Below, in pieces: positions 43,051 through 57,499 of a DNA stretch of 64,000 nt (positions within the stretch are counted from its first letter, which is position 1; each line of letters begins with the position of its first letter). This DNA is from the human T2T-CHM13v2.0 reference genome, Homo sapiens. Made by a program: the position numbers and the translations under genes. A model generated the notes under the pieces. That model was not told where the DNA came from. It saw only the letters and a program-made list of their open reading frames with translations, and did not search any database. The stretch lies in assembly GCA_009914755.4 (NCBI GenBank), contig CP086569.2, positions 2,496,001 to 2,560,000 of the forward strand, given 5' to 3'.

Positions 43051-45919
43051 TGATCCACTGCAGTAGAAAATTTTGTTTTCACATACTGCTTTGTCCATAA
43101 CCTTCCTCTCACTTCAGTTTTTGGGACTTGGATTTAAGTTGTATTAGAGCTTTTCACAGTAGACCTACTTGTCCAGTCTTCTCCATTTTTCATCCTTTTG
43201 TCTTTCCATGGTGCATCATGAGCAGTTACTTTCAGCACCTTCTATTTTTCTGATTCTCTCTTCAACTAACTATAGACATGTTTCATTAAACCCATTCCTT
43301 TCCATTCTTAATTTTGGTAACCGCATTTTTCATTATTTGTTTGATTTTCAAATCCGCTAGGTTACTCTGCAAAGGTGGGCTTCTTGTTGATTTACATTAG
43401 TTTTGTTATGTTTTGTGTTTTCTTTTATCCTTGTACACCCTTTTAAGGCAGTTCCAAGTTCTGCATTTGGTTTGTGCTATGTTGAGGGTGGTGGTCTTTA
43501 TCATGGTGTCTTAGTTCCTTCCATGCTAGACACTACATGTAAAGTACTGTTAGTAAGAATACTATGCGATCAAGATGATTCTGCCTTCCTTCTGTCTGGC
43601 ATCTGGGCTGTCTTAGCAGCGTGAGATCACCTTGATCAAGACTTGAGATTCCCTTGCTGGCTGTCCAGAGAGGGTGAATTTCAGATTTTAAGTTATTAGG
43701 AAGAAGGATTGTTTTGGGCTCAGGTGTTTGTGAGGGTTTTGCCTTTGGGGTCCAGCTAATTATGGGAAGCGTCTGCTGTTTTCACCTGGAGACTGAACCC
43801 GGAGCTTTGATTTCTATTCTATTGTCCCTGTGAGACCATCAAAAAGAAAGGAGTGTCCCACAACAAAAGTCAACATTAGTTTGCACTCAGTCTGTTTTCC
43901 TGGGAGTTGTCTGATAGACGTAAAGAATAGAGCTGACACATTCAAGAATTATAAAATAGTGATTCATGGGAAGGGTCTCCGCTTTCAACCTCCATTTACT
44001 AATGTGCCCGTAGTAGGCACCATTCTAAATGTCAGGGGCTTTTTACTGGAACTTAACACATCTTGAAAGAATCAATGTTTTCATCAATTTGTAGCCTTTC
44101 TTCACTTTTAGAAGCAGTGACAAACAAGTGAAGTGAAGGAACTATTATTAACAATTTGAATTTTACCATAATTAGCTCTGTTTTTTTCCCTATGCATACT
44201 AAGTCCATAGTGTTCCCACATGAGGGTTCTGGAGAATGAACTAAAAAAAAACTTGGTGCACCTTTTAATTGACATAAGCATTGCAAGGCATTTCTGCTAC
44301 TCTTGCCTAAGTACTGATTTTCTCTTAAAGGAGGCTCTGCAATTCAGTCTTGAGCAAAATAGTAAGTTTTCATTGACATTTCATCTTACCGCTTTTTCGG
44401 GATTATCTTCTGCTTACCAGCTAGCTCAAGCCCTGCATTTTGTTACTGAGCAGGTGCTTCTATCCAAACCTTCCTTAACTCCAAACCTAACTTAACTTTA
44501 ATGTAAAGTATAGTATAAGAAAGTTCTTTGTAACTGAGGTTGTTAGGGGCTGCTCGTTTACTGTCTTAGTAGTTGCCACAAGGACCCTAAAGGACTGGCC
44601 AAGTACACTGACTTAAGAAACAAAATCTTGGGCCTTTTATGTGATTTTGTTATCTTTCAGATACAGGTCTGTGGGTACTTTCTTGTGACTTTAGTGGGTA
44701 TCCATACCATCTTACACAAAATTACTTTCAAATCATTTCTCTAACTCTCCAGTACAGTTGCTAATGTTGAGGCAAAACCTTTGGTCCTTTTAATTCCTAT
44801 GGCTTCTCACCATGTCAAAACACATATAAGCAGCTGGCCTTGGGTTTCTGTTAAAAATCTGCATGTTGGATCAACCAATGTATTTGTGGTAGAAAGGGTC
44901 AAACTGCAGAAATCTGTTTGATCATTGTCAGACCAAGCAATTTTTACCTTAGAGATAATTGTAATTTTCTTGCATCCTAGAGCCTCATCTTTAAGATGCT
45001 CAGATTGAGTTGGGTTCTTCTGTTTCCCATCAGTTTTTGAGAGATCAATAAGTGTAATATGTTTGTGCCATTGATTCATAGGTTATAATTTCAAATTTAT
45101 CCTGGAGTTTTTTAGGCTAGGTTACTTGTTTGTGTTTTGTTTTGTTAGTATTAAGACAGGGCTTTATTCTCTGGCTTTGGTGGTGTGTCTTCTTTAAAAA
45201 AAGAGGATGTGTCCTTTTTCCTTTTTTTTTTAAATGTGTCTTCACATAAAAAAGAGGACTTGTGGCTGAGTCTTTATTAGCAGTGGTTTGAGGGAAAGTT
45301 TTTCTTAAAACATGTTTATTCTGTGATAGGTAGAACTTCCTTGACAAGGTAGCCTGTGTCCTAGATAGTATACTTATATTAGATGGTTATGTCCCGCAAA
45401 AATAACTCTAGATGTCTGAAACAAATGTATTCCTCCAGGGGTCCCCTGAGAGCCCTTAAAAGATTCCCCATTGAAAGACTGGATTAGCTAGCCATCCAGT
45501 TAAAGGCCTTTCTTTATTGTCTAGTGTCTTTCTCATAGCCTGAATTTCTCCAGTTCTCCCTCCCTCTCAGTCATCCTCCTTATCTCTCTACCCATCCACC
45601 CTACCCAGTGCTGTTCCATGCCATCTTTGTCAACCCCAAAATGATTATTCAACCTTTGAAGAATTATTGTTGGACAAACAATGCAGGGAAAGCTTATGAT
45701 TTGAAAAATCATCAGGGGCCTGCCTTTAAATGCTGACTGCAATCTAATTCACAAATAGCATTCGTTTACAGTGACAAGAGTTCTTGAAATTACAATTTTG
45801 GGATGATGCTCCATTTTTTTTTTTCCTGGTGAGCCCGTGTGTGTTAATTTGTTTTAAAGGCAACAGGCCCGTCTGGTTTTAAAATGACTCCTCTCCTGTT
45901 TATTTTCCTTTCCCTCTAG

Positions 45920-46077
45920 GCAATTTGTGTATGGTGATTGGTGGAGCCAACCTCGGTCGTGTTGGTGTGATCACCAACAGGGAAAGACATCCTGGTTCTT
46001 TTGATGTGGTGCATGTGAAGGATGCCAATGGCAACAGCTTTGCCACGAGGCTTTCCAACATTTTTGTCATTGGCAAT
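45920..46077 (+). CDS. RPS4Y1: RPS4Y1 CDS exon 6 ([53 protein letters not shown])
   Basis: Acceptor ccctctag|gc, donor aat|gtaaga. [16 protein letters not shown] matches RPS4Y1; RPS4X has NLCMVTGGANLGRIGV. Confidence 0.92.
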
Positions 46078-46597
46078 GTAAGACTTACACTCTCTTTACT
46101 TCTTTCTAAGAAGACTCATCCTAAAAAGCATAAAGACCTGCATCCACTACTGGTGTTTGTCTGTTTGTTCTTTTTCCAGTGTTAAGGTTCACAGAGTGCA
46201 GCAAGCTCTCTATTTAGAGCCTCTGAGAAGAAACAAGATTAGATCTAGAGCCTTACACCTGCCTCTTCAGGTGGTCTGTGTGAGATGCCAGCAGTGTCAT
46301 TCAGTAAATTAAGTTAAACTCAGCCTTGCAACTTTTGCAGGGCTACATCACTGGTATGGGCTGGATTAAGGTCACTGGCTCCAATCCTGGTAGTGCTGTG
46401 CCCCCTTAATTTTGTAAGTGAGTCTGCTAAACCCCTCTGAGACTCCATCTTACAGTTCATCAGTGAACATGGAGTTGATGGAGATTGATGCAAGGGGGCT
46501 ATGAGTGAGTTGCTAATTTGAGAATAAGGGCATTTACAAGGCACGTAACACTTGTTAGTTTACTTGTTCAAGATGATCTTGCTCTGGGATCTTTTGA

Positions 46598-47012
<415 letters not shown>

Positions 47013-47543
47013 CAACTGAAAAGCTTTTCATCAAGCTATTCAGCCCCGGGAGCAGCATCTTTCACTTGTACCCTGGCAGTCCTTAGGATATTTGAGAGAA
47101 GTGGTACAGAGGCGAAGCCTGCTGTTGTTTTTTTGGCTGTGCCACTCAGAAGCTCTATAGTTGGGCCATTCTTCTTCTCAGTATTGAATTATGAAACCTC
47201 AGTTTATACCTTTGAAAGCAGGGGATCAGGGAAGTGAGTAAATGCATGTAAAAGTTCTGTAAAGCTGATGATAGGGTGCTGACAGTACACAACTTCAAAA
47301 CTATGAGAACCTGAAGTTAGTGGCCTTGCCTTTAAAGATGCTTATGAAAAACTTGTTGGCTGATTGCTTCACATAAAATAGAAGCAGGAAGACCTTTATT
47401 TAGCAGCTCAGCAGTGAGGAGTGGGAGGGACTGTGAGAGGCAGATAACCTCTCAGGAGACATGTATAAGGAAGTGTTTATTTTGTTTTAGATTTTGTTGG
47501 GTGGTGGTCTGTTAGCTGGCTATTAATGTGAAGGAAGGTATGA

Positions 47544-47726
<183 letters not shown>

Positions 47727-47760
47727 ATTGCAGTAGCAGCATATCTTTTTTTCTTTGCAC

Positions 47761-47766
47761 AAATAA
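47761..47766 (+). other. RPS4Y1: Polyadenylation signal AATAAA of RPS4Y1 (short 3'UTR of about 60 nt after the stop)
   Basis: AATAAA lies 35 nt downstream of the TAA. Ribosomal-protein mRNAs typically have very short 3'UTRs. Confidence 0.7.
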
Positions 47767-48299
47767 ACAGTGAATTCTCGTTTCTTAATGTGTTTTTTCC
47801 CCCTTGTGGATAATAGTAGGGTTTGAATTTGCTCATGATTTTGGCACTGTCTTAAGATCTCTAGGAATACCACCTATACTTCCTCTGACCCTCCAGTAAA
47901 TAAACCTTTGCTTCCCTCATACATGTTACCCACACCATCTCTGTGGGCAGAGTGATGGAGTAGCATTCCAAAACGAAGTACAAAAAACGTATGACATTTC
48001 AGAAAGGACGGCATTCTTTTGTGGAAGCTATGGGAGATGGTCTTAGTTTTCTTGCTTGTTCACATTATTGGTAGAAATTAAATCCTGTGGCTGTAGGAAA
48101 GAGGTCCCTTTTTCCTTGCTGACTGACAATCTGAGCGCTTTTCTCAGCTTCTGGAGGCTATGTGCATTCTTTGCCTAAATGTCCCATTTCTCCATCTTGT
48201 TCAAAGCCAGCAGTGGCAGGTCAGGTCCTTCACATACAGAGTCTTTGGTCTTTCTTTGACCCATTCAGCAATGGTTCTCCACTTAAGGGGGGCCCATTA

Positions 48300-49340
48300 G
48301 AGTAACCTCTTATTCTCATGGATTGTCACTTTAATGTCGTATTTATAGGATCTTTGGATATTGGTTTTCTTACAGAAACTTCTATGGCTGGTGGCGCCTT
48401 TGCCTGAGTTTTGCTTGGCCTGCTGGGCTCGTTCTGCCCACTTGGCATCGCAGGCTGTGCTTGGCGTATAATACTGGCCTGGATCCCATGCCTGCCAAGG
48501 GCAAACCAGGCGTGGAGCAGTGAGGAGGGGTATGTGAACAAGCATGAGGTCTGGCCACTGCAGTCACACATGTTGGCTGCTGCCGCTGGGCAGGCAGCTC
48601 CAGGTGCCAGGATGGGTGCTGGCTCTCTGTAAAGCTGCAGCTGGACCAGGTGTACCACAACAGCTTCCACAGCTGGCTCTGGGGAACACGTTAGCACTCA
48701 GAAGCTTGGAGATGCCAGGAACTGCACGGCCTCAAATGGGGAGCCCACATCCCTGGCTCAGGGAGCTCCCAGGTCTTGGCTCCCCAGAGTACTGCAGGGC
48801 TTCTTTCCTCATTGCCTGCAATGTGGCAACCAAGGGGAATGTATCAGCTCTTTTGTGTTACAGGTATATTAGGATTGACATTTGGTGGGTCCTGAGTTCT
48901 TGTCCTGCGTCCAGGAAGAATGAGGTACGTGGACAAGTGGAGGGTGAGCAAGACAGGAGCTTTATTGAGCAACAGGACAGCTCAGAGGAGACCCATGGGG
49001 CAGCTCCACTCCTCAGCCAGGATTGGAGCAGGCTCTGGGAGCCAGGAGAGGGCAGTGGGAGCAGACAGCCTGATCCTGGGGGACGAGGGGTGCCTTCCCA
49101 GGTCCCCAAGGTTGCAGAGTGCAGAGATGGTATTGGGAGCAGGGGTGACATCTGGCAAGTTGTTCTGTGGCCCCAGTGCCCGCCTCTGACAGGTTCCCGA
49201 CCCTGGAGGGGAGTAGGGGTGTAGGGGGGCCAGGGTGCCTCCAGGAGTGGATCGCCGTTGCTTGGTGATCCCCCCATGGGCCCTGGAGACACAGCCTTAG
49301 GAGGCCCTGGCAGAGCCAGATGTATGTGTGCATGCACCTG
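48300..49340. other. GC-rich, CpG-poor block 0.6 kb downstream of RPS4Y1 with long overlapping ORFs on both strands; non-coding, possibly old LTR-derived
   Basis: ORFs of 226 aa (plus, 48544-49224) and 159/123/106 aa (minus) overlap each other, are rich in Pro, Gly, Ala and Arg, and show no recognisable protein family. The segment 48855-49350 begins tgtgttacag and ends tgtgataatca, a TG...CA pair reminiscent of LTR termini. Confidence 0.4.
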
Positions 49341-49361
49341 TGATAATCAGGTTTTTGTTTT

Positions 49362-49641
49362 TTTTTAAATTGAGGCAGAGTCTCACTCGTGTCCAGGTTA
49401 AGGTTTACTAGTGCAATCTTGGCTTACTGCAGCCTCCCCCTCTTGGGTTCAAGGAATTCTTGTGCCTCTCAACCTCCCAGGTAGCTGGGACTAGAGGCAC
49501 ATACCACCATGCCTGACCTGATTTTTGTATTTTTAGTATACAAAATTGGCCTGTCTGGTCTCAAACTCCTGATCTCAAGTGATCTACCCATTTTGGCCTG
49601 ACAAAGTACTGGGATTACAGGCGTCAGGCATTGTGCCTGGC
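49362..49641 (-). mobile_element. Alu, minus orientation, old and diverged
   Basis: tttttttttaaattgaggcagagtctcactcgtgtccaggttaaggtttactagtgcaatcttggcttactgcagcc ... ggcgtcaggcattgtgcctggc. Confidence 0.85.
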
Positions 49642-51045
49642 TGATAATCAAAATTTTGACTCAAGTGCAGCGAAGATACTACACTGGAAAGAAGGTGGGA
49701 TAAGAATTCTCTTGAGTACTGTGTTTATTGTAGTCTCATAGGCACCTCTATTTCAGTGTCCCTTCATCTCCTTATGACTGACAAATCTAAAACTGAATAT
49801 GTTGCTCAAAAATGTCTTCTCTTACCAGCCCTTCCTCCCTGATGTAAGGACAGGATGTAAGGACATCCCTTTCCTCATCACACTTGAGAACCTAGGGTTA
49901 TTGTTACCTTATTCCTCACCTTCATGTCATCATCTCCCTCAAATCCTTTCTGTAAGTGGGTGAATTTTAAATTATATGTAAGTAAACTAATCAGCCACCA
50001 AACATTACCAGCTGGGTAAATTTCTTCCTATCCATTGCCACTGTCACTCCTCTGTTGGAGGATTTTATCCCAGAAATATTTATCTGACTTAACCTTCTCC
50101 ATCCACTGCCTATTATTTGAGTTTGGTCTTCCTGTATTTTAACTAGCTGGTGAGCTCAAAGAGCTACACTGTGAATCCATGACTTTGTTTCCTAGTCTCT
50201 TTCAGGTTTGCCCTGGGGCTCAAAGACAGCAAGTCTTGCCCTCACAAAATACCGCTCCTTCATTGTTTGATATCTTAAACTCTTAAGTATATGTCTGCAC
50301 ATTGGTCCTAATCTTTGCCCTACGCAGGCCCAGGACCTGACAGCCTTTTTCTGTCAGAGATGGAGCCCTCAGGCCTTTGTGCTCAGGCTTTGAAGGTCTA
50401 ATTTTCCTCCCAGCTCTCTTTCCTACCGGGAGGGGTGGCAGCGTAGGACTAAGAACTCACCTTCTATCGGCAACTGAGACAAACTGATATAAAAACACAC
50501 TCATCCAAATGCAAATAACTCGGGGCCCATGACTCTTAATGCAACAAGTCCAAATACTTAATCCCAGCCCTAAGAGACAGATGGAAGAAGGGAGGAAAAG
50601 CGGAATAAGAAAGGAATGAGCACCATCAGTGTCAACAACACTTGACCATAGAAAAAAATCTATTCCTGAATTAAACATTACTTTCTCATCTCTATTCTTG
50701 AGACATATTTTTTGAGTACCTACTGTTTGACATGCACTGAACAGAACAGATAGAAAACACTAAAGCTTGAGCTCAGGTGTGGGAAATTCATGATTTAAAA
50801 AGCAGAACTAAGCAAGGTTGTGCCAGTGACAAGTCTGAATAAATAAAATGGAACTGGGATAGAGACCTCTTTAGGCAGTCCACAAGGCCTCCCTGAGCAT
50901 TGACATTTGTGAGTCAGTAGAATAAAGAGTCAACCAAGAATGCAAGTTAATGGCATGTTGATAGATTTCCTCCATAAAAAAGGGATAGATGCATGCTTCC
51001 CATTTGTATTAGTTTGCTGAGCCACAAAATGGGTAAGACAAATGA

Positions 51046-51429
<384 letters not shown>

Positions 51430-51554
51430 TTAGGCCTCTCACAGTTCTGGTAGTTCCTTGGCTTGTGGCAGCGTAACTAGCCTTCACATGGCATTCTCCC
51501 TGTGTGCTGGAGATACACTTAAGTGAAACCTGCAATTTACTTTTCTTTTTTTTC

Positions 51555-51895
51555 TTTTTTTTTTTTTTTTTGAGATGGAGTCTCACTCTGTTCCCCAGGC
51601 TGGAGTGTAGTGGTGCTATCTTGGCTCACTGCAAGCTCCGCCTCTCGGGTTCACGACATTTTCCTGCCTCAGCGTCCTGAATAGTTGGGACTATAGGCAC
51701 CCACCACCATGCCCACTAATTTTTTGTATTTTTAGTAGAGATGGGGTTTCACCGTGTCAGCCAGGATTGTTTCAATCTCCTGACCTCATGATCTACCCAC
51801 CCTGGCCTCCCAAAGTGCTAGGATTACAGGCGAGAGCCACCACGCCTGGTGCTATTTACTTCTGGTGTTACAGGTGTGAGCCACCACGCCTGGCA
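51555..51895 (-). mobile_element. Alu, minus orientation, with a duplicated about 45-bp end segment (gtgagccaccacgcctggc appears twice)
   Basis: T-run then gagatggagtctcactctgttccccaggctggagtgtagtggtgctatcttggctcactgcaagctccgcctctcgggttcacgacattttcctgcc ... gcgagagccaccacgcctggtgctatttacttctggtgttacaggtgtgagccaccacgcctggcac. Confidence 0.9.
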
Positions 51896-52975
51896 CTATT
51901 GACTTTTAGGGGAGCTTGTATGATCTTGAAAATTACAAATGACTTCAGTTTGGTGCTACTGCCTTGATCCATTCGTGGTAGGAAGCCAGGAGTCTCAACC
52001 ACCAGTGCCTTTGCACCTTCAGTGCAAACATCAGTGTGGTGAAAAGGGCAGGTAATGTTTGCATGTGAAAATAATTGTGACTTTTTATGTATTCCTGGAA
52101 AGGGTCCCAAGACCTTGATTTTAGGGATGGCTGTGTTGAAACAGGCATTGGAAACTTCTAGAAATTGACCATCTTCAATAGTTCCTTTTCTAGTAAGAAA
52201 GTCAACCAAATACCTACCAGTGCACAATGTCACTTGTGAAGAATTAGTGTGTACGTATCCATACAGTTACATATATGGATATGTTCTGAATACAGTCAGG
52301 CAGATCTAACAGTACATGCAAGAAAATCAGGAGAGGTAGTTTAAAGGATATATGGCATAAACAAACCACACAAGCAATAAAAAGGAAAGCACTTCTAAAA
52401 CATTGAGCAACATGAAAGAGTATCACTGAAGTGGTTTAGAGGAAAGAAAGCTAAACTCAAAAGAGGTTACAATTTATATGTTGCCCAAGAACATAGCACT
52501 TACCTGTGGTACTCAGGTGTGAGCCAGTGTACCCGGCCTTCCTTGTTTTTTGATGTGTGTGTTCATTGCTATGGAATTCTCTCTTAGGAATGTGTTTGCT
52601 GTAACTCTTGTTTTCTCAGAGATTATGTAGAATTATGTTCTTAAAGATATATGGTAGATTATCTTCTATTTTTCATAGGATTAGGTAGAATTGATGTTAT
52701 TTCTTTAGATGGTATCTTTTGAGTTTTTTTTTTAGGAGTCAACATTTTAAATTATACATTTAATTCTGTGAATAGTTATGGGACAATTTAAAGTATCTCT
52801 ATCGATGGGTGGAAGTGCTGTGTCTGTTGGTTTTTGTTTTGTTTTGAGACAAAGTCTCAGTCTGTCATTCAGTCTGGAGTGTGGTGACATAATCATGGCT
52901 CTCAATAGACTCAAACTCCTGAGCTCAGGTGAGCTTCCTGCCTCAGTATCCCAAGTAGCTGGGACCACAGCCACA

Positions 52976-53510
52976 CACCACCATGCCAGGGTGCTGAGAC
53001 CAGTTCAGTCGGGGAGACCCTAACCCAGCGGGCGCTGGAGGAATTAAAGACACACACACACAGATATAGAGGTGTGAAATGGGAAATCAGGGGTCTCAGC
53101 CTTCAGAGCTGAGTGCCCCGAACAGAGATTTACTCACATATTTATTAACAGCAAACCAGGCATTAGCATTGTTTCTATAGATATTAAATTAACTAAAAGT
53201 ATCCCTTAAGGGAAACAAAGGGATGGGCCAAATTAAAGGAATAGGTTTGGTTAGTTAACTGCAGCAGGAACACGCCCTTAAGACACAGATCGCTCATGCT
53301 ATTGTTTGTGGCTTAAAAACGTCGTTCAGCGGTTTTCCGCCCTGGGTGGGCCAGGTGTTCCTTGCCCTCATTCCCGTAAACCCACAACCTTCCAGCTTGG
53401 GCGTTAGGGCCATTATGAACATGTTACACTGCTGCAGAAATTTTGTTTATGGCCAGTCTTGGGGCCAGTTTATGGCCAGATTTTGGGGGGCTTGCTCCCA
53501 ACACCATGGT
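52976..53510. mobile_element. Unclassified interspersed repeat, possibly an LTR, flanked by partial Alus
   Basis: Unique-looking block of about 530 bp (ccagggtgctgagaccagttcagtcggggagaccctaacccagcgggcgctggaggaattaaagacacacacacacag...) between an Alu fragment (52830-52975) and a FLAM-like fragment (53520-53650). No coding signal. Confidence 0.3.
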
Positions 53511-53893
53511 AATTTTTTTTTTAAACTTATTTGTAGAGATGGTGTCTCACCATTTTGCCCAGGCTGGTTTTTAACTGGGCTCAAGCAGTCCTCCTGCCTC
53601 AGCCTCCCAAAGTGTTGAGGTTACAAGGGTGAGCCACCATGCCCAGCATCTGTGTGCTTTCTGAGAAATGTGTCCATTTTGTCAAAGATTCAAATTTATG
53701 TGTGTATAATTATTTATAGTATTCCCATATTGAGTGTGTATGTATGTGTGTGTAAGGTGTATAGGGTCTGTAAAGCAGAATACCCTGTTTTATCCTGATC
53801 ATGATATTTATTTCTTCATCTTTGTCAGTCTTACTAGAAAGAGGTTGGTCAATTTTATCAATCTTTACACAACCATTCTGTGTTTCAATGACT

Positions 53894-54196
<303 letters not shown>

Positions 54197-54199
54197 TGT

Positions 54200-56500
54200 T
54201 TCATTGATTTTTATCTATTGTTTCTCTTTTCTATTTGATAGATTTGTATACTTTATTTTTTTTCCTTTTGCTTGCTTTGGATTATTTTTGCCCTTCTCTA
54301 TACAAGTTATTAAAATGGAAGTGTACATTATTGAAATGTATTCTCTTTTCCCATGTTTTAATTTAATGCCATAATTTTACCTGTCAGCACGCCTTCTCCT
54401 TTTACCTTCATCTGATCTGAAATGTGTTTTCAAATTTATCCAGCTCAATGTATTATTTTATTGTTTCTTGACACTTTTCCTTTAACCCTCTGATTATTGA
54501 AGGATTCTTGCTTGACCCAAGGGATAATCGTCCCAGTGTATGGAGATTTTCCTGTTATAATTTTCTTACTGATTTCTACTTTAGTTTTGTTGTAGTTTGG
54601 GAACACACTGGATTATTGTAATTCTTTTTTATTTGTTGAGTTTTGTTTGATGGCAGAGGAACCTTGAAAATAATGTGTATTTTGCATTTAGCAGAGTGTT
54701 CCATAAATGTTCATTAGATGGTTTTGGGTGATGGTGTTACTGAGAGGTCTCTTTTTTGTTGATTTTCTTTCTAGTTGTCTGGTGAATTTTTTTGATAAAG
54801 GATGTTGGCCTTTCGAACTATAATAGATTTGTCTTTTTCTTTTATATTTTTTAGGTTTTGCTTGACATATTTTCAGTTCTGTTTCTTGCTGCATGGACAG
54901 TTCAGATTGCTGTTTCTTCTAGGTTGTTTTATTTAGCATTATACAATATCCTTTACATCGCTGATAATTTTATCTTCTCTAGTCTACTTTATCTGGTAAT
55001 ATATCTATCCACTCCTGTTCTGCTTTTCACTTTTGAACTTTTCAGCCTGTCTGTACTTTTATATGAAAGTGAGTTTCTTGTAGATAGTAAATATGTGGAG
55101 CATGTTGTTAAATCTACACTGCTAATCTCCATATTTTAGTTGGTGCATTTAAACGATTTAGTGTTTACATTTAGTGTTAATTTTTGATATGTTCATAGTT
55201 TTCTTGGAACCAAGCCAGGTCTGGCTGCATTTTCTCATGGCCTAATAACTAGAAGCAGACAAACTACATAAGAAGGGAATTTATTGCTGTAACTAGATAC
55301 AGGGAGAAGATGAGATAATTCCAGGAGACCAACTCAAAGTGTTACAATTTTTTGGTGGTTATATAGGTTGGGCTTATGTGCCTACATGCAGTATAGCTTT
55401 TGCCTAAGTCTATTGGCAGCTAAATTTTGTTTCAATTAGGTCAGAGGCCAAAAAAAAAAAAGGCTTGCTAAGTCTGATTCAAAGGGCCCCAGTGCCTTCA
55501 AGGGCTGTCTACTGTGGTACAGCAGTGATTATTTGTATCTTATGTCCTTTTAGAGCTTGATCTGGAGAGGTGCCTTAGACTCTCCAGTGAATCCATTCAA
55601 ACAGCTGCCTCTGTTACCTTGACTCATCTCAGGTTTTGTTGACCAGAAACGGATACTGGCACTAGGAATGTAAGGCTGTCTCTATTATCTTGGCTGGCTC
55701 CAGGTTAGGGAGAAGCCCATGCCAGGCTCCTAATGACCATATGCTTCATTTCTAGCTTTGATGTCTGGGCACTGATTTCTGTAGGTTTAACTCTGCTCAA
55801 CGTTAAGGCAGTGCTATGGAAATTTGTCTGTAACTAGGGTGTTGCACAGGCCTGTGTGTATGACTGTCAGCGAGAACTGTCATGCCACAATAGCTGTTCA
55901 TTTTCTGTCTGCTGGTTTTGTTTTTTCTCCCGAGTTTTATTTTTTGTCCTTTGTGTGGGTTATTTGAAGAGATTTGAGACATTCATTTTGATGTATTTGT
56001 TATCTTTTTTAGTATACCTGAAGAGATATAAAGATATGCCTTTTTTGGTTGTCTTTCTAGGTATTACATTGTGTAAACATAATTTGTCACAGTCTACTGA
56101 CATCAATTTACCTTACCTCCTATTAGTCCCTTTATCATTTCCCGTTTTATACTTGCCTTATATATTTTCTCTACATACATTTATGATGATCTCAGACTGT
56201 GTTACATAATTTTTGTTATAGTAGAGTTTTTAGTTTTAAAATTTCCTTTTCTTTGCTGAAACCTGTAATTTTTACACTTTATACTTGTTCATTAGTTTTA
56301 AGCATGTTCATAATTCTTCATTTAATTATTTTTATGATGGCAGTTTAGGAATCTTTCTCAGATATTCCTGATAACACTGACATTTCTGTATTGACATTTA
56401 TCATGTTGTTTCTTTGAGGTGGAGGCTTTCCTATTGCTTGATTTTTATGAGTGATTTTTATTTGAAACTTGAACATTTAGGGGACTGTTAGGAGACTCTG
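54200..56500 (-). mobile_element. Diverged L1-derived sequence (antisense), fragmentary
   Basis: AT-rich, T-rich plus strand with L1-antisense-like strings (ttggcctttcgaactataatagatttgtctttttcttttatattttttaggttttgcttgacatattttcag). Identified by resemblance only, so boundaries are approximate. Confidence 0.4.
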
Positions 56501-57499
56501 GACCTTATTATGATGTTCATTTTTAGCTGATTTTATCTAATACCACCCTAATAGAGGAAAGGGTGTGCTTGTCTAGTAGATGCACAATTCCAAATTCCCT
56601 TCCTCATTTCCTTTGACACCCAAGGTAAGGCTCCTCATTACTGATAAACGAATATGCAGTTTCCAGTGTCACACAAGGCCTTACTTGCACCTCCTAGGGA
56701 AGGATGTCTTATTACCACGAAAACTCTAGTTCTCTATGCTGTCTTCTCTGATTCCACTCCAGCAGAGGGTTGGGGTGCTTCATTACTGCCTATAGAATGG
56801 ATGTTTGCACTTGGACTTTGTTGGCTTGGGTAGGTTTTTTGTTTTGCCTTGTTTTGTGTGTGTTGTTTGGCTAAAGTAGGGTGGCTATTGTATAAAAGCT
56901 TTTTGTCTTAGTAAGATGTCTTTTTCCTAGCCCTGTGGCTAGAGAAGGCGGGCTTGTGAGAACATTTTTGTCTGTGCCTCTTTACATTTTTGGGTACCAG
57001 CTCCTTCAGGACCAACTATGTGATAACATGAAGCCAAAACAAAATCCAGGGAACTCATCCTTTTTATCATTTGCTGGGTCTTAAGTTCCCTCAGCAGTTT
57101 ACCTCTTTGCTCCAATTTTCAAAGTCTTATGCTTGTTTTAGTTATAACACCCAGGGATATTAATTGTATTCATGGTATGATGGAAAAGTACATTTGCTCC
57201 ATCTATTTTATTACTTAAGTGATGACTGAAGATGCAGAACATTTGTACTGTTCCTTTTGGGCAGAAAATTCAAAGTAATTTTTGCTGTTAAAACACTTCT
57301 GTGGATGGCAAGCCACCCAGGTGCCGAGGCAAGAGACCAAGGGCACAAGCTGTTCCAGTACAATAAAATATATAAAATAAGAATAGTTATACTAGATATA
57401 GATCTTAGATATGATTATATATGAATATCATTAATCATTAGTTTGTAGCAATTATTCTTTATTCCAATATTATAATAATCCTCGCTCTGTAATCATAAC

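Larger units (their letters stand above)
38560..43830 (-). mobile_element. Ancient L1 (L1M-type) in antisense orientation within RPS4Y1 intron 5, interrupted by Alus and an LTR-like insert
   Basis: Plus-strand text is the reverse complement of L1 ORF2/3' regions (ccattcctctgtggatggacatttgggttg..., gccattttacattcttaccaacagtgtagaagaatttcagtttcttcacat, ...tcacccttactgattgtttcttttggttggcag). Highly diverged. Runs of small ORFs rich in Phe, Leu and Cys are typical of antisense L1. Confidence 0.7.

Noticed and set aside
48544-49224. 226-aa plus-strand ORF and three overlapping minus-strand ORFs of 106-159 aa
   Set aside because: Mutually overlapping on both strands, low-complexity Pro/Gly/Ala/Arg composition and no recognisable domain. 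Kept only as a GC-rich non-coding finding.
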